DNA of 64,000 nucleotides from Microcoleaceae cyanobacterium (GTDB taxonomy: Bacteria; Cyanobacteriota; Cyanobacteriia; Cyanobacteriales; Microcoleaceae): assembly GCA_051652765.1 (NCBI GenBank), contig JBOFUV010000008.1, positions 1-64,000 on the forward strand. Reading direction: 5' to 3'. The notes under the pieces were generated by a model, which saw only the letters and a list, made by a program, of their open reading frames with translations, was not told the DNA's origin and did no database searches. A program made the position numbers and the translations under genes. Shown piece after piece: positions 1-11,560 of the stretch (positions within the stretch are counted from its first letter, which is position 1; every line of letters starts with the position of its first letter).

Positions 1-1
1 A

Positions 2-988
2 GAATTAGCACAGCGTCTTCAGCTTGAGGGCTGGGTCAGTGAACACTTAACCGAAATTCAGGACTTAGTGATCGTTCCTGATCATATTTTGGGCTATGTC
101 CCGTTTGCTGCCTTGCCTTTCACTGAGCCCGAGTCTGAGCCTGTTAAAGATTTGAGAGATTTTAAACATTCCAAACATTTCAAACATTTCAAATATTTTG
201 GCGATCGCTTCCGTCTCCGAATTTTGCCCGATTGCCAAAGCCGCCCTCAGGGTTCCCAGGCCACAACTTCTGCTTCTGCGTCCAACTTGAGCATTGTGGA
301 AGACACAACCGGAACCTTGGTCTTATCCCGTCATACCAGTCAAACCCTTGTCCAGCGCCATCAGATTCCAGATGCCTGTTACCTTAGAGCCACAACAGCA
401 ACGGTAGAAAATTATCAAACCTTGTTCAAACAAGCACGAACCCTATACGCCAATCATCTGGTTCAGGTCAACCTAGATACACCCTTGAACACTCAGATTC
501 AGTGTATTGATGGGACAGTTTCTTTCGCTCAACTGTTGACTTGGCGCTGTTCAAACTTATCCCGAATCGTGTTTCCCTATTGCCAGTCTGTCTTTAAACA
601 GTTTGAATCCTTGAAATATAGGCTGAGTTTTGTGAATTCCCTCCTCAGAATTGGGGCGCAGGAGGTCGTCTGCCCCCTGTGGTTTTTGGATAACGTTGCC
701 GTTTCCTTAATCTGTTTGTTCTGGGATCAATTGGCTCAAACCGAAAACTCCGGGACTGAAAATTCTGCAACAGCTCTCCACCAAGCCCAGGTCAGACTTC
801 GTACTCTCACTGGGCAAGAACTTTCAGAACAGTATCGTCCTGAGATTGAGACCTCCTTGAGTCAGTCCGCCAATCACCAGAAAGTCAACGATCAACGCAC
901 ATTGTTGGTTTGGCTCTGTCAACAGGATTACCCCTTTGCTCATCCCTATTACTGGGCAGGATTTGTGGTTTATGGCTGGGGAGATTAG
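2..988 (+). CDS. CHAT (caspase HetF-associated) domain protein, C-terminal part; 5' end lies outside the window
   Basis: Frame is open from base 2. CHAT-like motifs LVIVPDHILGYVPFAALP, GAQEVVCPLW, ALHQAQVRLR and terminal PFAHPYYWAGFVVYG. Confidence 0.75.
   Translation, partial: ELAQRLQLEGWVSEHLTEIQDLVIVPDHILGYVPFAALPFTEPESEPVKDLRDFKHSKHFKHFKYFGDRFRLRILPDCQSRPQGSQATTSASASNLSIVEDTTGTLVLSRHTSQTLVQRHQIPDACYLRATTATVENYQTLFKQARTLYANHLVQVNLDTPLNTQIQCIDGTVSFAQLLTWRCSNLSRIVFPYCQSVFKQFESLKYRLSFVNSLLRIGAQEVVCPLWFLDNVAVSLICLFWDQLAQTENSGTENSATALHQAQVRLRTLTGQELSEQYRPEIETSLSQSANHQKVNDQRTLLVWLCQQDYPFAHPYYWAGFVVYGWGD
201..208. repeat. HIP1 octamer GCGATCGC (representative copy; recurs throughout, e.g. 5172, 7943, 8571, 16468)
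   Basis: Exact octamer seen many times. HIP1 is an established cyanobacterial hallmark. Confidence 0.9.
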
Positions 989-1162
989 ATTTAACGATTG
1001 CAAGACACCTACCTAAAAATCTTTATCCCTATAGGTCAGGGGTTTCGGGCGTTAAAGATGCTTGTTCGCCAAGTTTAGAATCCTTGCTAAACAAATACCC
1101 GATTTTTTTATGTCCTAGCCCGATCCCCTATTTAGGTTCGCTTAAGTACTGTCCTCGTTACG

Positions 1163-1171
1163 TGATATGAT
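1163..1171 (+). promoter_or_regulatory. Putative extended -10 element (TGaTATGAT) of the atp1 operon
   Basis: TGnTATGAT about 45-55 bp upstream of the atp1 start. Confidence 0.35.
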
Positions 1172-1215
1172 TCATCTTGGCTTGCAGGAGTGCAGCCAGA
1201 AATATACGTTAGGGC

Positions 1216-1677
1216 TTGAGTTTTGTGAACTTGCCAAACTCATCTGTTGAATCCCCTTCATCGTCAGAAGAACAGCCAAATCCGGTGGTCTTAAGCGATC
1301 AGCCAAATGGCTCAATGCTGGAGTATTATCAGCTCCAGAATGAGTTGTGGGTTATCATGCTTGTCCTGGCGGGAATTATTTTCGTCACGGTTTGCTTCTT
1401 TTACCCATTCAGAATTGCCTGCAACTATCTGCTGGGTGCGGTTGGAAGTTTGGTATACCTCAGGATGTTGGCCAAGGACGTTGAAAAACTGGGACGAGAG
1501 CAACAAAGCTTGAGCAAAGCTCGATTAGGGATAGTTGTTGGGCTGATTGTAGTTGCAACTCAGTGGGATCAGCTACAAATTCTGCCAATTTTTTTGGGAT
1601 TTCTAACGTATAAAGCTGCGCTGATCTTCTATGTTCTGAAAGCCACACTGATGCCAGACCCTGGGTCGAGTCAGTGA
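1216..1677 (+). CDS. atp1: ATP synthase protein I (Atp1/UncI); start may be GTG 1225
   Basis: SMLEYYQLQ...[24 protein letters not shown]...GFLTYKAAL; first gene of the atp operon. Confidence 0.9.
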   Translation: MSFVNLPNSSVESPSSSEEQPNPVVLSDQPNGSMLEYYQLQNELWVIMLVLAGIIFVTVCFFYPFRIACNYLLGAVGSLVYLRMLAKDVEKLGREQQSLSKARLGIVVGLIVVATQWDQLQILPIFLGFLTYKAALIFYVLKATLMPDPGSSQ

Positions 1678-1722
1678 GGAAATTAGAAAACAAGTCTTGA
1701 TTGGTACGGGGAAGCCTGGTGA

Positions 1723-2478
1723 ATGGAAATGTTTGATGTGGTAAACCTGCTTAACTATTTTCCCCTCGCTAGTTTGGAAGTTGGTCAGCAATTTTACTGG
1801 AACCTAGGTGGTTTAAAAGTCCACGGACAGGTTCTTCTGACCTCTTGGTTCGTGATGGGATTGTTGATTGTGGCTGCTTTGGCTGCAACTCGCAATGTTC
1901 AGCGAATTCCCAGTGGGATGCAAAATTTCATGGAGTACGTCCTGGAATTCATCCGGAATCTGGCCAAAGATCAAATTGGCGAAAAGGAGTATCGTGCTTG
2001 GGTTCCCTTTGTTGGAACATTGTTCCTGTTTATTTTTGTCTCCAACTGGGCAGGTGCCCTAATTCCCTGGAAGCTGATTAAGTTGCCTTCAGGTGAATTG
2101 GCGGCTCCAACCAGCGACATTAACACGACAGTAGCCCTAGCACTGCTGACTTCGATTGCCTACTTCTACGCTGGCATGAGCAAGAAAGGCGTATTTGGAT
2201 ATTTTGCAGACTATGCAAAGCCTGTTCCCTTTCTTGCTCCATTTAGGGTGATTGAAGACTTTACTAAGCCTCTTTCCCTTAGTTTCCGTCTGTTTGGGAA
2301 CGTTCTCGCAGACGAACTGGTGGTTGGAGTATTAGTTTTCCTGGTTCCCCTGTTTGTTCCTCTGCCTCTGATGGTGCTAGGGCTGTTTTTGAGCGCGATT
2401 CAAGCGTTGATTTTTGCAACCCTGGCTGCCAACTATATTGGGGAAGCCTTAGAGGGACACGGTGAGGAACATCACTAA
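1723..2478 (+). CDS. atpB: F0 ATP synthase subunit a (cyanobacterial atpI)
   Basis: [13 protein letters not shown] and [12 protein letters not shown] motifs; operon context. Confidence 0.98.
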   Translation: MEMFDVVNLLNYFPLASLEVGQQFYWNLGGLKVHGQVLLTSWFVMGLLIVAALAATRNVQRIPSGMQNFMEYVLEFIRNLAKDQIGEKEYRAWVPFVGTLFLFIFVSNWAGALIPWKLIKLPSGELAAPTSDINTTVALALLTSIAYFYAGMSKKGVFGYFADYAKPVPFLAPFRVIEDFTKPLSLSFRLFGNVLADELVVGVLVFLVPLFVPLPLMVLGLFLSAIQALIFATLAANYIGEALEGHGEEHH

Positions 2479-2544
2479 GCAAACCTGGCGCTCTCCGCAG
2501 AGCATCTGAGAAGGTTTGTTTTTACTCTGATTGTCAATTGATGA

Positions 2545-2838
<294 letters not shown>

Positions 2839-2841
2839 GAA

Positions 2842-2906
2842 TTTTCTAGGGTTTAGAGTTGAGGAGATCATCACAACGAAGGTCTTCCAAGTCTAAGCCC
2901 TGAAAA
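2842..2906 (+). promoter_or_regulatory. Long intra-operonic stem-loop after the subunit c gene (possible mRNA stabiliser or attenuator)
   Basis: TTTTCtAGGGTTTAGA pairs with TCTAAGCCCTGAAAA; inner TTGaGGAGATC pairs with GGTCTTCCAA. Confidence 0.5.
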
Positions 2907-2940
2907 CTCAACATCGTGGGAACTCTAGGACAGAATAATC

Positions 2941-3423
2941 ATGCACTGGACAATTCTACTCGCAGTTGAAGAAACGGCTAAGGAAGGAGGGTTGTTTGAT
3001 CTAGATGCAACCCTTCCAGTCATTGCAGTTGAATTTTTACTGCTTGCTGTGATCTTGAACGCAATCTTCTACAAGCCGCTGGGGAAGGTAATTGATGAGC
3101 GGGCAGACTATGTCCGGAACAACAAATTGCAAGCCCAAGAGCGGGTAGACAAGGCTGAAAAACTCGCCCAGCAGTACGAGCAGGAATTAGCAGAGACTCG
3201 AAAACAAGCTCAAGCTCTGATCCAGAATGCTCAGGAAGACGCTCGGAAAATTGCTTCCGAAAAAATGGTCGAAGCCCAGCAAGAGTCTCAAAGAAAGCGG
3301 GAACAGGCTGCTCAAGAAATTGAACAGGAGCGACAACAGGCTTTGGCCTCTCTAGAGCAGCAGATTGCTCCTCTGAGCCGTCAAATTCTGGAGAAGCTTT
3401 TAGGAGCCGAGTTGCTGAGATAG
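2941..3423 (+). CDS. F0 ATP synthase subunit b' (cyanobacterial atpG)
   Basis: [11 protein letters not shown], one TM helix, then a coiled coil; operon position. Confidence 0.96.
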   Translation: MHWTILLAVEETAKEGGLFDLDATLPVIAVEFLLLAVILNAIFYKPLGKVIDERADYVRNNKLQAQERVDKAEKLAQQYEQELAETRKQAQALIQNAQEDARKIASEKMVEAQQESQRKREQAAQEIEQERQQALASLEQQIAPLSRQILEKLLGAELLR

Positions 3424-3507
3424 GCTTCAGTTTTTTCTGTCTTTTTTAAAGACTTTTTTGAGAGCTTTTGAGGAAAGGGTTTTAACAGCAAGGAATGGAA
3501 GACGATC

Positions 3508-4038
3508 ATGGAGACTGTTATATTTCTAGCCACAGAGGCTAGTCACGAAGGGGGTTTCGGATTCAATTTTGATATCTTAGAAACCAACCTGATCAACCTC
3601 GCCATTTTGATTGGAGTGCTCGTTTACTTTGGCCGAGGATTTTTAGGCAAGCTTCTGAGCGAAAGACGGGGGGGCATTGAGCAAGCAATTCAGGATGCAG
3701 AGCAACGCTTGAAGCAAGCGGCTGAGGCGCTGGCGGAGCAGCAGCAGAAGCTAACTCAAGCTCAAACAGAAGCTGAGCGAATTCGTAAGGAAGCTGAAGA
3801 GCGAGCAAAAGTCTTCAAAGAGCAAATCTTGGCTCAATCCGTTCAAGATATTGATCGAATGAAAGCAGTAGCCACTCAAGAACTAGATGGTGATCGAGAA
3901 CGGATTATGGTTCAGTTGAGGTCTGTGATCGTTGCAAGAGCCTTAGAGCAAGCTGAAGCAGATCTTAGAGATCGGCTCGATTCATCGACTCAGCAGCAGC
4001 TTGTTGACCGCAGTCTAGCGTTATTGAGAGGGAACTGA
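3508..4038 (+). CDS. atpF: F0 ATP synthase subunit b
   Basis: GFGFNFDILETNLINLAILIGVLVYFG plus coiled coil. Confidence 0.97.
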   Translation: METVIFLATEASHEGGFGFNFDILETNLINLAILIGVLVYFGRGFLGKLLSERRGGIEQAIQDAEQRLKQAAEALAEQQQKLTQAQTEAERIRKEAEERAKVFKEQILAQSVQDIDRMKAVATQELDGDRERIMVQLRSVIVARALEQAEADLRDRLDSSTQQQLVDRSLALLRGN

Positions 4039-4586
4039 TGAATGCAATTATCGGTGAAATTGTAGAACCTTATGCTCAAGCCCTAATGTCATTGGCAAAG
4101 TCCAAAAACATTGCCGATGAAGTTGGTGACAATGTCAGAGATTTACTAGGATTTATCAACAACGCCCCAGAATTTAGGCAGTTCTTGACAAATCCAGTGA
4201 TCAATCGAGAGGACAAAAAAGCAGTCATCAATCGGGTTGTCGGAGATACGGTCAATCCCTACGTCAAAAACTTCCTCATGCTGCTAGTCGATCGAGGACG
4301 GGTTTTATATGTCGAGGGGATTGGTCAGCAATATTTAGTGCTGTTACGGAAATTAAACAAAACGGTTCTGGCAGAAGTCACATCTGCTTCAGAGCTAAAT
4401 GATGGCCAACGGGGCACTGTGGTGGAGAAGGTTAAGAACTTCACCGATGCTCATCATGTTGAGCTTGAAACCAAGGTTGATCCGAATATCCTCGGGGGAG
4501 TCATTATCAAAGTGGGTTCCCAAATCGTGGATGCTAGCCTCCGGGGTCAACTGCGTCGCATTGCTGTGAGCTTGAATGCTAGCTAG
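4038..4586 (+). CDS. atpH: F1 ATP synthase subunit delta (cyanobacterial atpD)
   Basis: EPYAQALMS...VDPNILGGVIIKVGSQIVDASLRGQL; TGATG stop/start overlap with atpF. Confidence 0.97.
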   Translation: MNAIIGEIVEPYAQALMSLAKSKNIADEVGDNVRDLLGFINNAPEFRQFLTNPVINREDKKAVINRVVGDTVNPYVKNFLMLLVDRGRVLYVEGIGQQYLVLLRKLNKTVLAEVTSASELNDGQRGTVVEKVKNFTDAHHVELETKVDPNILGGVIIKVGSQIVDASLRGQLRRIAVSLNAS

Positions 4587-4622
4587 CAGATAGCCATCGG
4601 AAAAACTTTAAAATTCATGTAA

Positions 4623-6158
<1,536 letters not shown>

Positions 6159-6245
6159 CTGTCCTTAATTGTCCTTTGTCAATGACCCATGACAAAGGAC
6201 AAACCCCTCATGACAACCAATTACTCATGACTAAGGTTATCCCCT

Positions 6246-7196
6246 ATGTCTAATCTCAAGGCAATTCGCGATCGCATTCAGTCGGTCAAAAATACTAAGA
6301 AAATTACAGAGGCCATGCGCCTTGTTGCTTCTGCAAGGGTTCGTCGGGCTCAAGAACAAGTCTTGGCGACTCGTCCGTTTGCAGATAAGTTGGCAAGTGT
6401 ATTGTATGCCTTGGAATCCCGGCTCCAGCTTGAGAATGTAGACTTGCCGTTGTTGACAAAGCGGGAAGTCAAGCGAGTGGGTTTGTTAGTCAACTCCGGC
6501 AATCGGGGTTTGTGCGGCGCTTACAATAGTAACGTGATTAAGCGTGCAGAATCTCGGGCAAAAGAGCTAGAGGCAGAAGGTCTGGAGTACGTCTATCTCC
6601 TCGAAGGACGCAAGGCAATTCAGTACTTTCAACGTCGGAATGCGCCGATTCGGCTCGCAATTGAAACTCCCGAGAAAACCCCTGATTTAGAACAAGTTCA
6701 GGCGGCTGCCGACGAAGTGCTTTCCCTCTTTCTGGCTGGAGAGGTCGATCGGGTCGAGCTGATTTACACTAAGTTTGTCTCCCTGATCAGTTCTCGGCCT
6801 GTGGTGCAAACCCTGTTGCCCCTCGACCCTCAGGGACTAGAAGCTCAGGATGATGAAATCTTCCGGTTAACGTCAAAAGAGGGACGCTTAGAGGTGACTC
6901 GGGAAAAAGTTACCCGTGAAGCCCAGCAAGTCCCTCGGGATATGATATTTGAGCAAGACCCAGTACAGATCCTGGATTCATTGCTCCCCTTGTATCTTAC
7001 AAACCAACTATTGCGAGCTTGGCAAGAATCACTCGCGAGCGAACTTGCGGCCCGAATGACTGCAATGAGCAATGCCAGTGACAATGCTGGAGAGTTGATT
7101 AAGAGTCTGACGCTGTCTTACAACAAAGCTCGACAGGCTTCTATCACTCAAGAAATTCTAGAGGTTGTATCTGGAGCCAATGCCCTCATGGGTTAA
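6246..7196 (+). CDS. atpG: F1 ATP synthase subunit gamma (cyanobacterial atpC)
   Basis: [47 protein letters not shown]. Confidence 0.99.
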   Translation: MSNLKAIRDRIQSVKNTKKITEAMRLVASARVRRAQEQVLATRPFADKLASVLYALESRLQLENVDLPLLTKREVKRVGLLVNSGNRGLCGAYNSNVIKRAESRAKELEAEGLEYVYLLEGRKAIQYFQRRNAPIRLAIETPEKTPDLEQVQAAADEVLSLFLAGEVDRVELIYTKFVSLISSRPVVQTLLPLDPQGLEAQDDEIFRLTSKEGRLEVTREKVTREAQQVPRDMIFEQDPVQILDSLLPLYLTNQLLRAWQESLASELAARMTAMSNASDNAGELIKSLTLSYNKARQASITQEILEVVSGANALMG

Positions 7197-7332
7197 GCGT
7201 TGAACCGATGGGGCCTCTTGCCTGCAAATAACAGGTATGAATTAAAAGTTTTTACTTTGAAAGGTTTCACTTTAAAAAGTTTCACTGACTCACATTCAAC
7301 GGTGTTGAGTACAAGTTTTAATTCCTGAGCGA

Positions 7333-7375
7333 AGCAGAGAGCAGCAGACTAAATGTCTACTCTCTGCTATTTATT
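7333..7375 (+). terminator. Probable intrinsic terminator of the atp operon
   Basis: AGCAGAGAG...CTCTCTGCT hairpin with inner AGAC/GTCT, followed by ATTTATT. Confidence 0.5.
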
Positions 7376-7420
7376 ATCTGTAGTGGGTTGCTGATGAGTT
7401 GTTCGCGCTAGTAATACTAA

Positions 7421-8380
7421 ATGGCTTCATCTGTTCAAACCCAACAAAAAACCCTAGTAATGTTGGGAGCAGGAGCTTGGGGCTCAGCATTAGCAACCTT
7501 AGCTCTTCACAATGGACATCGGGTCAATCTCTGGTCTCGTAGCTTGAATGTCTCCCTAGCGGAGGTTGTCGCTCAAGCAGATGTGGTAATTTCAGCAATC
7601 TCTGTTAAAGGGGTTGCCTCTGTTGCCGCCCAAATTCAAGTGCTTGGCTTGCCGGATCAAATTCCTATTGTGACTGCCACGAAAGGACTTGATCCCAATA
7701 CGACTCGTGTGCCCTCTCAAATCTGGACAGCTTACTTTCCAGATCATCCGATCGTGGTTTTATCAGGGCCAAACTTGTCTCAGGAAATTGAACAGGGCCT
7801 TCCAGCCGCAACAGTAGTCGCCAGCACGGATGCCGATGCGGCAAAGATTGTCCAAGGGATCTTTGCCTCAAGTCGTTTTCGGGTTTATACCAGTGCTGAC
7901 CCAACCGGAACAGAACTGGGGGGAACCTTGAAAAATGTGATTGCGATCGCGGCTGGGGTGTGTGACGGCTTACAACTGGGAACCAATGCCAAATCAGGGT
8001 TACTCACCCGCGCCTTGACAGAAATGATCCGAATTGGCACCTGTTTGGGGGGACAGAAAGACACGTTCTTTGGTTTGTCTGGGCTAGGGGATATGTTGAC
8101 CACTTGTAATAGTGCCCTGAGTCGCAACTATCGGGTTGGCTACGGTTTGGCCCAAGGGAAAACGTTAGAACAAGTTCTGACGGAATTGGGGAGCACAGCA
8201 GAGGGAGTCAATACTACCAACGTTTTGATTGAGATTTCCCGTCGAGAACAGATTCCGGTGCCGATTTCCTGGCAGGTTTATCGGTTGCTCAATAGCCAGA
8301 TTACGCCTCAACAAGCGGTAGAAGCTCTGATGGAACGAGACCTGAAATCAGAATTTGGCGATTCCCTTGAAACCACATAA
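7421..8380 (+). CDS. gpsA: NAD(P)H-dependent glycerol-3-phosphate dehydrogenase
   Basis: LGAGAWGSAL, LSGPNL, GGTLKNVIAIA, GLGDMLTTCNSALSRN, AEG. Confidence 0.96.
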   Translation: MASSVQTQQKTLVMLGAGAWGSALATLALHNGHRVNLWSRSLNVSLAEVVAQADVVISAISVKGVASVAAQIQVLGLPDQIPIVTATKGLDPNTTRVPSQIWTAYFPDHPIVVLSGPNLSQEIEQGLPAATVVASTDADAAKIVQGIFASSRFRVYTSADPTGTELGGTLKNVIAIAAGVCDGLQLGTNAKSGLLTRALTEMIRIGTCLGGQKDTFFGLSGLGDMLTTCNSALSRNYRVGYGLAQGKTLEQVLTELGSTAEGVNTTNVLIEISRREQIPVPISWQVYRLLNSQITPQQAVEALMERDLKSEFGDSLETT

Positions 8381-8513
8381 TTGATCACTAGTCTTAATGC
8401 TTTCTCCCGTTTTTTGGGCGATCACAACATCATCCCAAGACTTTATAATTTAAGAGCAATGAGAGTGTAACATCTACCTGAATCCCTGCGTTATCCACCC
8501 TATTGTTACCCTT

Positions 8514-10127
8514 ATGCATCGTCAGTGGTTGAACCGATTAAGTGCTTCAGGTTGGATTATTGCAGCCCTTGCGATCGCTTTTACCCTTTCTAAGTCCCTA
8601 AATCCAGATCCAAAAACAACTGCTTCTTGTTCCAGTTCAGAGCTAGAACAGCAGGTTCTAGGTTCAAATCAGGAATCTCTCATCTCAGACTCTGTCAAGC
8701 CTCCCGCTTCGGCAAAAACCTTACTGATGGGAAGCTCTCCTCGGAGGCAAGAAGTCACCAAAGCCAACGCCTGTCCGGATCAAGACCCCTTCAATGAATC
8801 GGTTCGCTTTGCATTGAAGGCCGCCAACTTAGTCCAAACTGCCAAGTCAAAGGCAGAATGGGATGAGGTTGCCCGGTATTGGGTGCAGGCTGTAGCTTGG
8901 ATGCAGGCTGTTCCCCCCAATAGTTCTAGGCGAGTTTATGCTGAGAAAAAAGTGATCGAATATATGCGAAACTTGGCCTATGCCCAGCAACAGGCGGCTA
9001 AAGCTCTGACCACTAGAACTTTTCCCAGTTTCAACAGCGAGATGCTAGACCAGCAGTTGCCCCTCTATCTTTCCTATTTGAGCACGGTGGGAAAACCAGA
9101 TGTTTTAATTGTTGGCAGTTCACGGGCATTGCAGGGCATTGATCCTAAACAGATGCAGCAATCCTTAGCAGTAAAAGGATTTAAAGACATAGAAATTTTT
9201 AATTTAGGGATTAATGGTGCAACAGCCCAGGTTGTTGACTATATTTTGCGGCAATTGTTGACCCCCGAACAATTGCCTCAGATTATTGTTTGGGCAGATG
9301 GAGTCCGAGCATTTAACAGTGGTCGGATTGACCGAACTTACAATGCCATTCTTGAGTCGGAAGGAAATAAACGCTTGGCTTCTGGGATTCGTCCTCAGAT
9401 TTCTCAAGGGACATCAACGCATTTAAAATGCTATCAATTTCCTCAGCCCTGCAAAGTTAAACAGCCCAAGTGGCAAGCCGCGACTGATACGTTGAGTTCC
9501 TCTCAAATGGGTCAAGCTAAGTTTGATAACACTCAGTTTAATAATACTCAGTTTGATAACACTCAGTTTGATACAGTTAGGCGTTTGAGAACTGTTCAAA
9601 ATACAACAGTTAAAGGTTATACTTCTCCTCAGCTTCGTGCTTTAGTTTATCAGTCAATGACTAGAAAAAAATTGGCGAGTTTAGTCTCCTTTGACAAGAT
9701 TGAAGCCAATGGTTTTTTGCCGTTTTCTACCCGTTATAATCCAGAGACTTATCATCAAAAGCGTCCTTATGTTGCGGGTGCTTTTGATGGAGATTATCAA
9801 GCTTTTAATCTAGGGGGGGAACAGTCTAGTGCATTGAGTTCGCTCACTGCATTTCTCCGATCCAAAAATATTCCCTTGGTGTTCGTGAATTTGCCTGTTA
9901 CGGATGATTATCTAGATGGCACGCGATGGGCAGCCGAAGTAGAATTTCAAGATATGATGAACCAACTCTCAATGGAATATGGATTTATTTTTATTGACCT
10001 TTCGGAAAAAGTTCTAACCCGTTATGAATATTTTGTAGATCCAAGTCATTTAAACCTCTATGGTGCAAGAGCTGTTGCTCAGAGACTAGTCTCTGAACCT
10101 TCAATTCCTTGGCCAAAGCAAAGATAA
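8514..10127 (+). CDS. Membrane-anchored protein with a C-terminal SGNH-like (DUF1574-type) domain
   Basis: N-terminal TM segment; VLIVGSSRA (block I-like), FNLGINGAT (block II-like), DPSHLN (DxxH). Confidence 0.65.
   Translation: MHRQWLNRLSASGWIIAALAIAFTLSKSLNPDPKTTASCSSSELEQQVLGSNQESLISDSVKPPASAKTLLMGSSPRRQEVTKANACPDQDPFNESVRFALKAANLVQTAKSKAEWDEVARYWVQAVAWMQAVPPNSSRRVYAEKKVIEYMRNLAYAQQQAAKALTTRTFPSFNSEMLDQQLPLYLSYLSTVGKPDVLIVGSSRALQGIDPKQMQQSLAVKGFKDIEIFNLGINGATAQVVDYILRQLLTPEQLPQIIVWADGVRAFNSGRIDRTYNAILESEGNKRLASGIRPQISQGTSTHLKCYQFPQPCKVKQPKWQAATDTLSSSQMGQAKFDNTQFNNTQFDNTQFDTVRRLRTVQNTTVKGYTSPQLRALVYQSMTRKKLASLVSFDKIEANGFLPFSTRYNPETYHQKRPYVAGAFDGDYQAFNLGGEQSSALSSLTAFLRSKNIPLVFVNLPVTDDYLDGTRWAAEVEFQDMMNQLSMEYGFIFIDLSEKVLTRYEYFVDPSHLNLYGARAVAQRLVSEPSIPWPKQR
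9522..9578 (+). repeat. In-frame 15-bp tandem repeat, about 3.5 units (FDNTQ)
   Basis: TTTGATAACACTCAG / TTTAATAATACTCAG / TTTGATAACACTCAG / TTTGATAC. Confidence 0.9.
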
Positions 10128-10138
10128 AGCACGACTCA

Positions 10139-10164
10139 CCTGAAGGAGTGACAACCCCTTCAGG
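10139..10164. terminator. Hairpin between convergent genes
   Basis: CCTGAAGG...CCTTCAGG inverted repeat in a 37-bp convergent gap. Confidence 0.5.
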
Positions 10165-11445
10165 CTAGGCTTTTTGATCCAGGCGAATCGCTCGGTCTAA
10201 TGCGGCTTTTTCCCTGGCTCTGCGTTGATAGGGCTGGAGTTGAGGAATTGACCAGCCACTCAAAATACTCAAATCCTTAAGGTCGATACCTTTGATTAAC
10301 ATTTCTACACACCAGGTTTGTCTGGCTTGCCCCAGGGCTGGGGGCTGATGTCCAGAAGGGTAAGACTGGGGGGTAAGGTGTTGCCAGATCAGTTCCAGTT
10401 CTGCTTCGGTGAGGGACTGACCGCTGTCATTAATAAACAAGGCGACCTGCTCGTCTTTGCGGCTTTTCAACCATTGACTTAAGGGGTTGCTCGTGTATGA
10501 ACCATAGCGTTTGCCCATAATCCACTGATTGACCGAGACCTGCCGTGGCTTCCCGGTTTGAATTTGTAAGAGATGCTGGCGAGGGTTGCTAATGTGATGC
10601 GATCGCTCTAACGCCACCAGTTCTACAGGCAGCAATCCGGCCCCAAAGAGTACATAGGCGATCGCATAATTCTGGCTACCTTGTTTTTTGGCCTGTTGTA
10701 AGATAGCGTGAACGACCTCGGCTGGCAAATCAGCAACTGTTGAGGATTGCTCTTCCCGATTCAGCGCTTCCCGGTTCAGAGATCGAGCAACCTTGGGCAA
10801 AGAATTGGAAGATGTTCCCTGCTGGGGTGAAGCTGATCCTGATCCTGATAATATTGCCCCTGCTAAACACAATTCCGTTAAAGTCTTGAGGAAATCCGCT
10901 TGATCCGCCCAGGGTTCGTGGAATTCCGTTAATAGCTCCATCACCTGGTAACCCAACAGTAGCCCATTGAGCAGGCTTGCAAACTTGTTGACTGAAAAGC
11001 TCGGCTGTACCTGTTCTCGCTCCATGACAGTAGTCAGATACTCTGCTAACTGTTGCGTCCTCCGGTTAATCCCTTGACTGAGAACTTGACGATTTTCCAG
11101 GGTGTACTGTCCTGATTCCCCAACCGCAGAGCGCAGCAACTCGGGCATTTGTCCTAAAGTTTGTAGGCGATCGCGGCAGTAGTCTTCTAGGGCTTGATCC
11201 AGAGAGGTAATGGTGTTAACAGACTCCAGCAAAGATTCACCATTCGGAGTGAACAGATCAGCGTCTTGAATCACAGCCAAAAGCAAGTCAAGCTTGCTAC
11301 CAAAATTCCGAAATAACGTGACCTCATTCACCTCTGCCAACTCGGCAATCTGTCGGGTTGTTGTGGCTGTAAATCCCTGGGAACTGAATAATTCAAGGGC
11401 TGACTGGATCAAGCGGCCTTGGGTTGAAGAATGAGTTCGAAGCAT
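10165..11445 (-). CDS. TetR-family regulator fused to a degenerate tyrosine-recombinase-like C-terminal domain
   Basis: N-terminal TetR HTH (RLIQSALELFSSQGFTATTTRQIAELAEVNEVTLFRNFGSKLDL). C-terminal YVLFGAGLLPVELVAL and QARQTWCVEMLIKGIDLKDLSILSGWS..LQPY resemble integrase boxes I and II. ATG 11445 is preferred over the ORF-track start. Confidence 0.8.
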   Translation of the reverse strand: MLRTHSSTQGRLIQSALELFSSQGFTATTTRQIAELAEVNEVTLFRNFGSKLDLLLAVIQDADLFTPNGESLLESVNTITSLDQALEDYCRDRLQTLGQMPELLRSAVGESGQYTLENRQVLSQGINRRTQQLAEYLTTVMEREQVQPSFSVNKFASLLNGLLLGYQVMELLTEFHEPWADQADFLKTLTELCLAGAILSGSGSASPQQGTSSNSLPKVARSLNREALNREEQSSTVADLPAEVVHAILQQAKKQGSQNYAIAYVLFGAGLLPVELVALERSHHISNPRQHLLQIQTGKPRQVSVNQWIMGKRYGSYTSNPLSQWLKSRKDEQVALFINDSGQSLTEAELELIWQHLTPQSYPSGHQPPALGQARQTWCVEMLIKGIDLKDLSILSGWSIPQLQPYQRRAREKAALDRAIRLDQKA

Positions 11446-11450
11446 AAAAA

Positions 11451-11513
11451 GAAAGTGATACTTGCAAAAACAAGGATTTACAGTTAAACTTGAGAAAAGC
11501 AAGTGGAACTTGC
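11451..11513. promoter_or_regulatory. Two palindromic operator-like sites: GCAAGT-N3-ACTTGC (11499-11513, perfect) and GAAAGT-N3-ACTTGC (11451-11465)
   Basis: Seen directly in the 115-bp divergent gap between the TetR and desaturase genes. Confidence 0.65.
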
Positions 11514-11560
11514 AAATTTACTTTACTATAGCAATTCTCTTCTGGGAGAGACTTCTAGTT

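Noticed and set aside
10165..10740. Active integrase marking a prophage or integrative element
   Set aside because: Catalytic Arg and His appear substituted, the domain is fused to TetR, and no att site, tRNA or phage genes are evident
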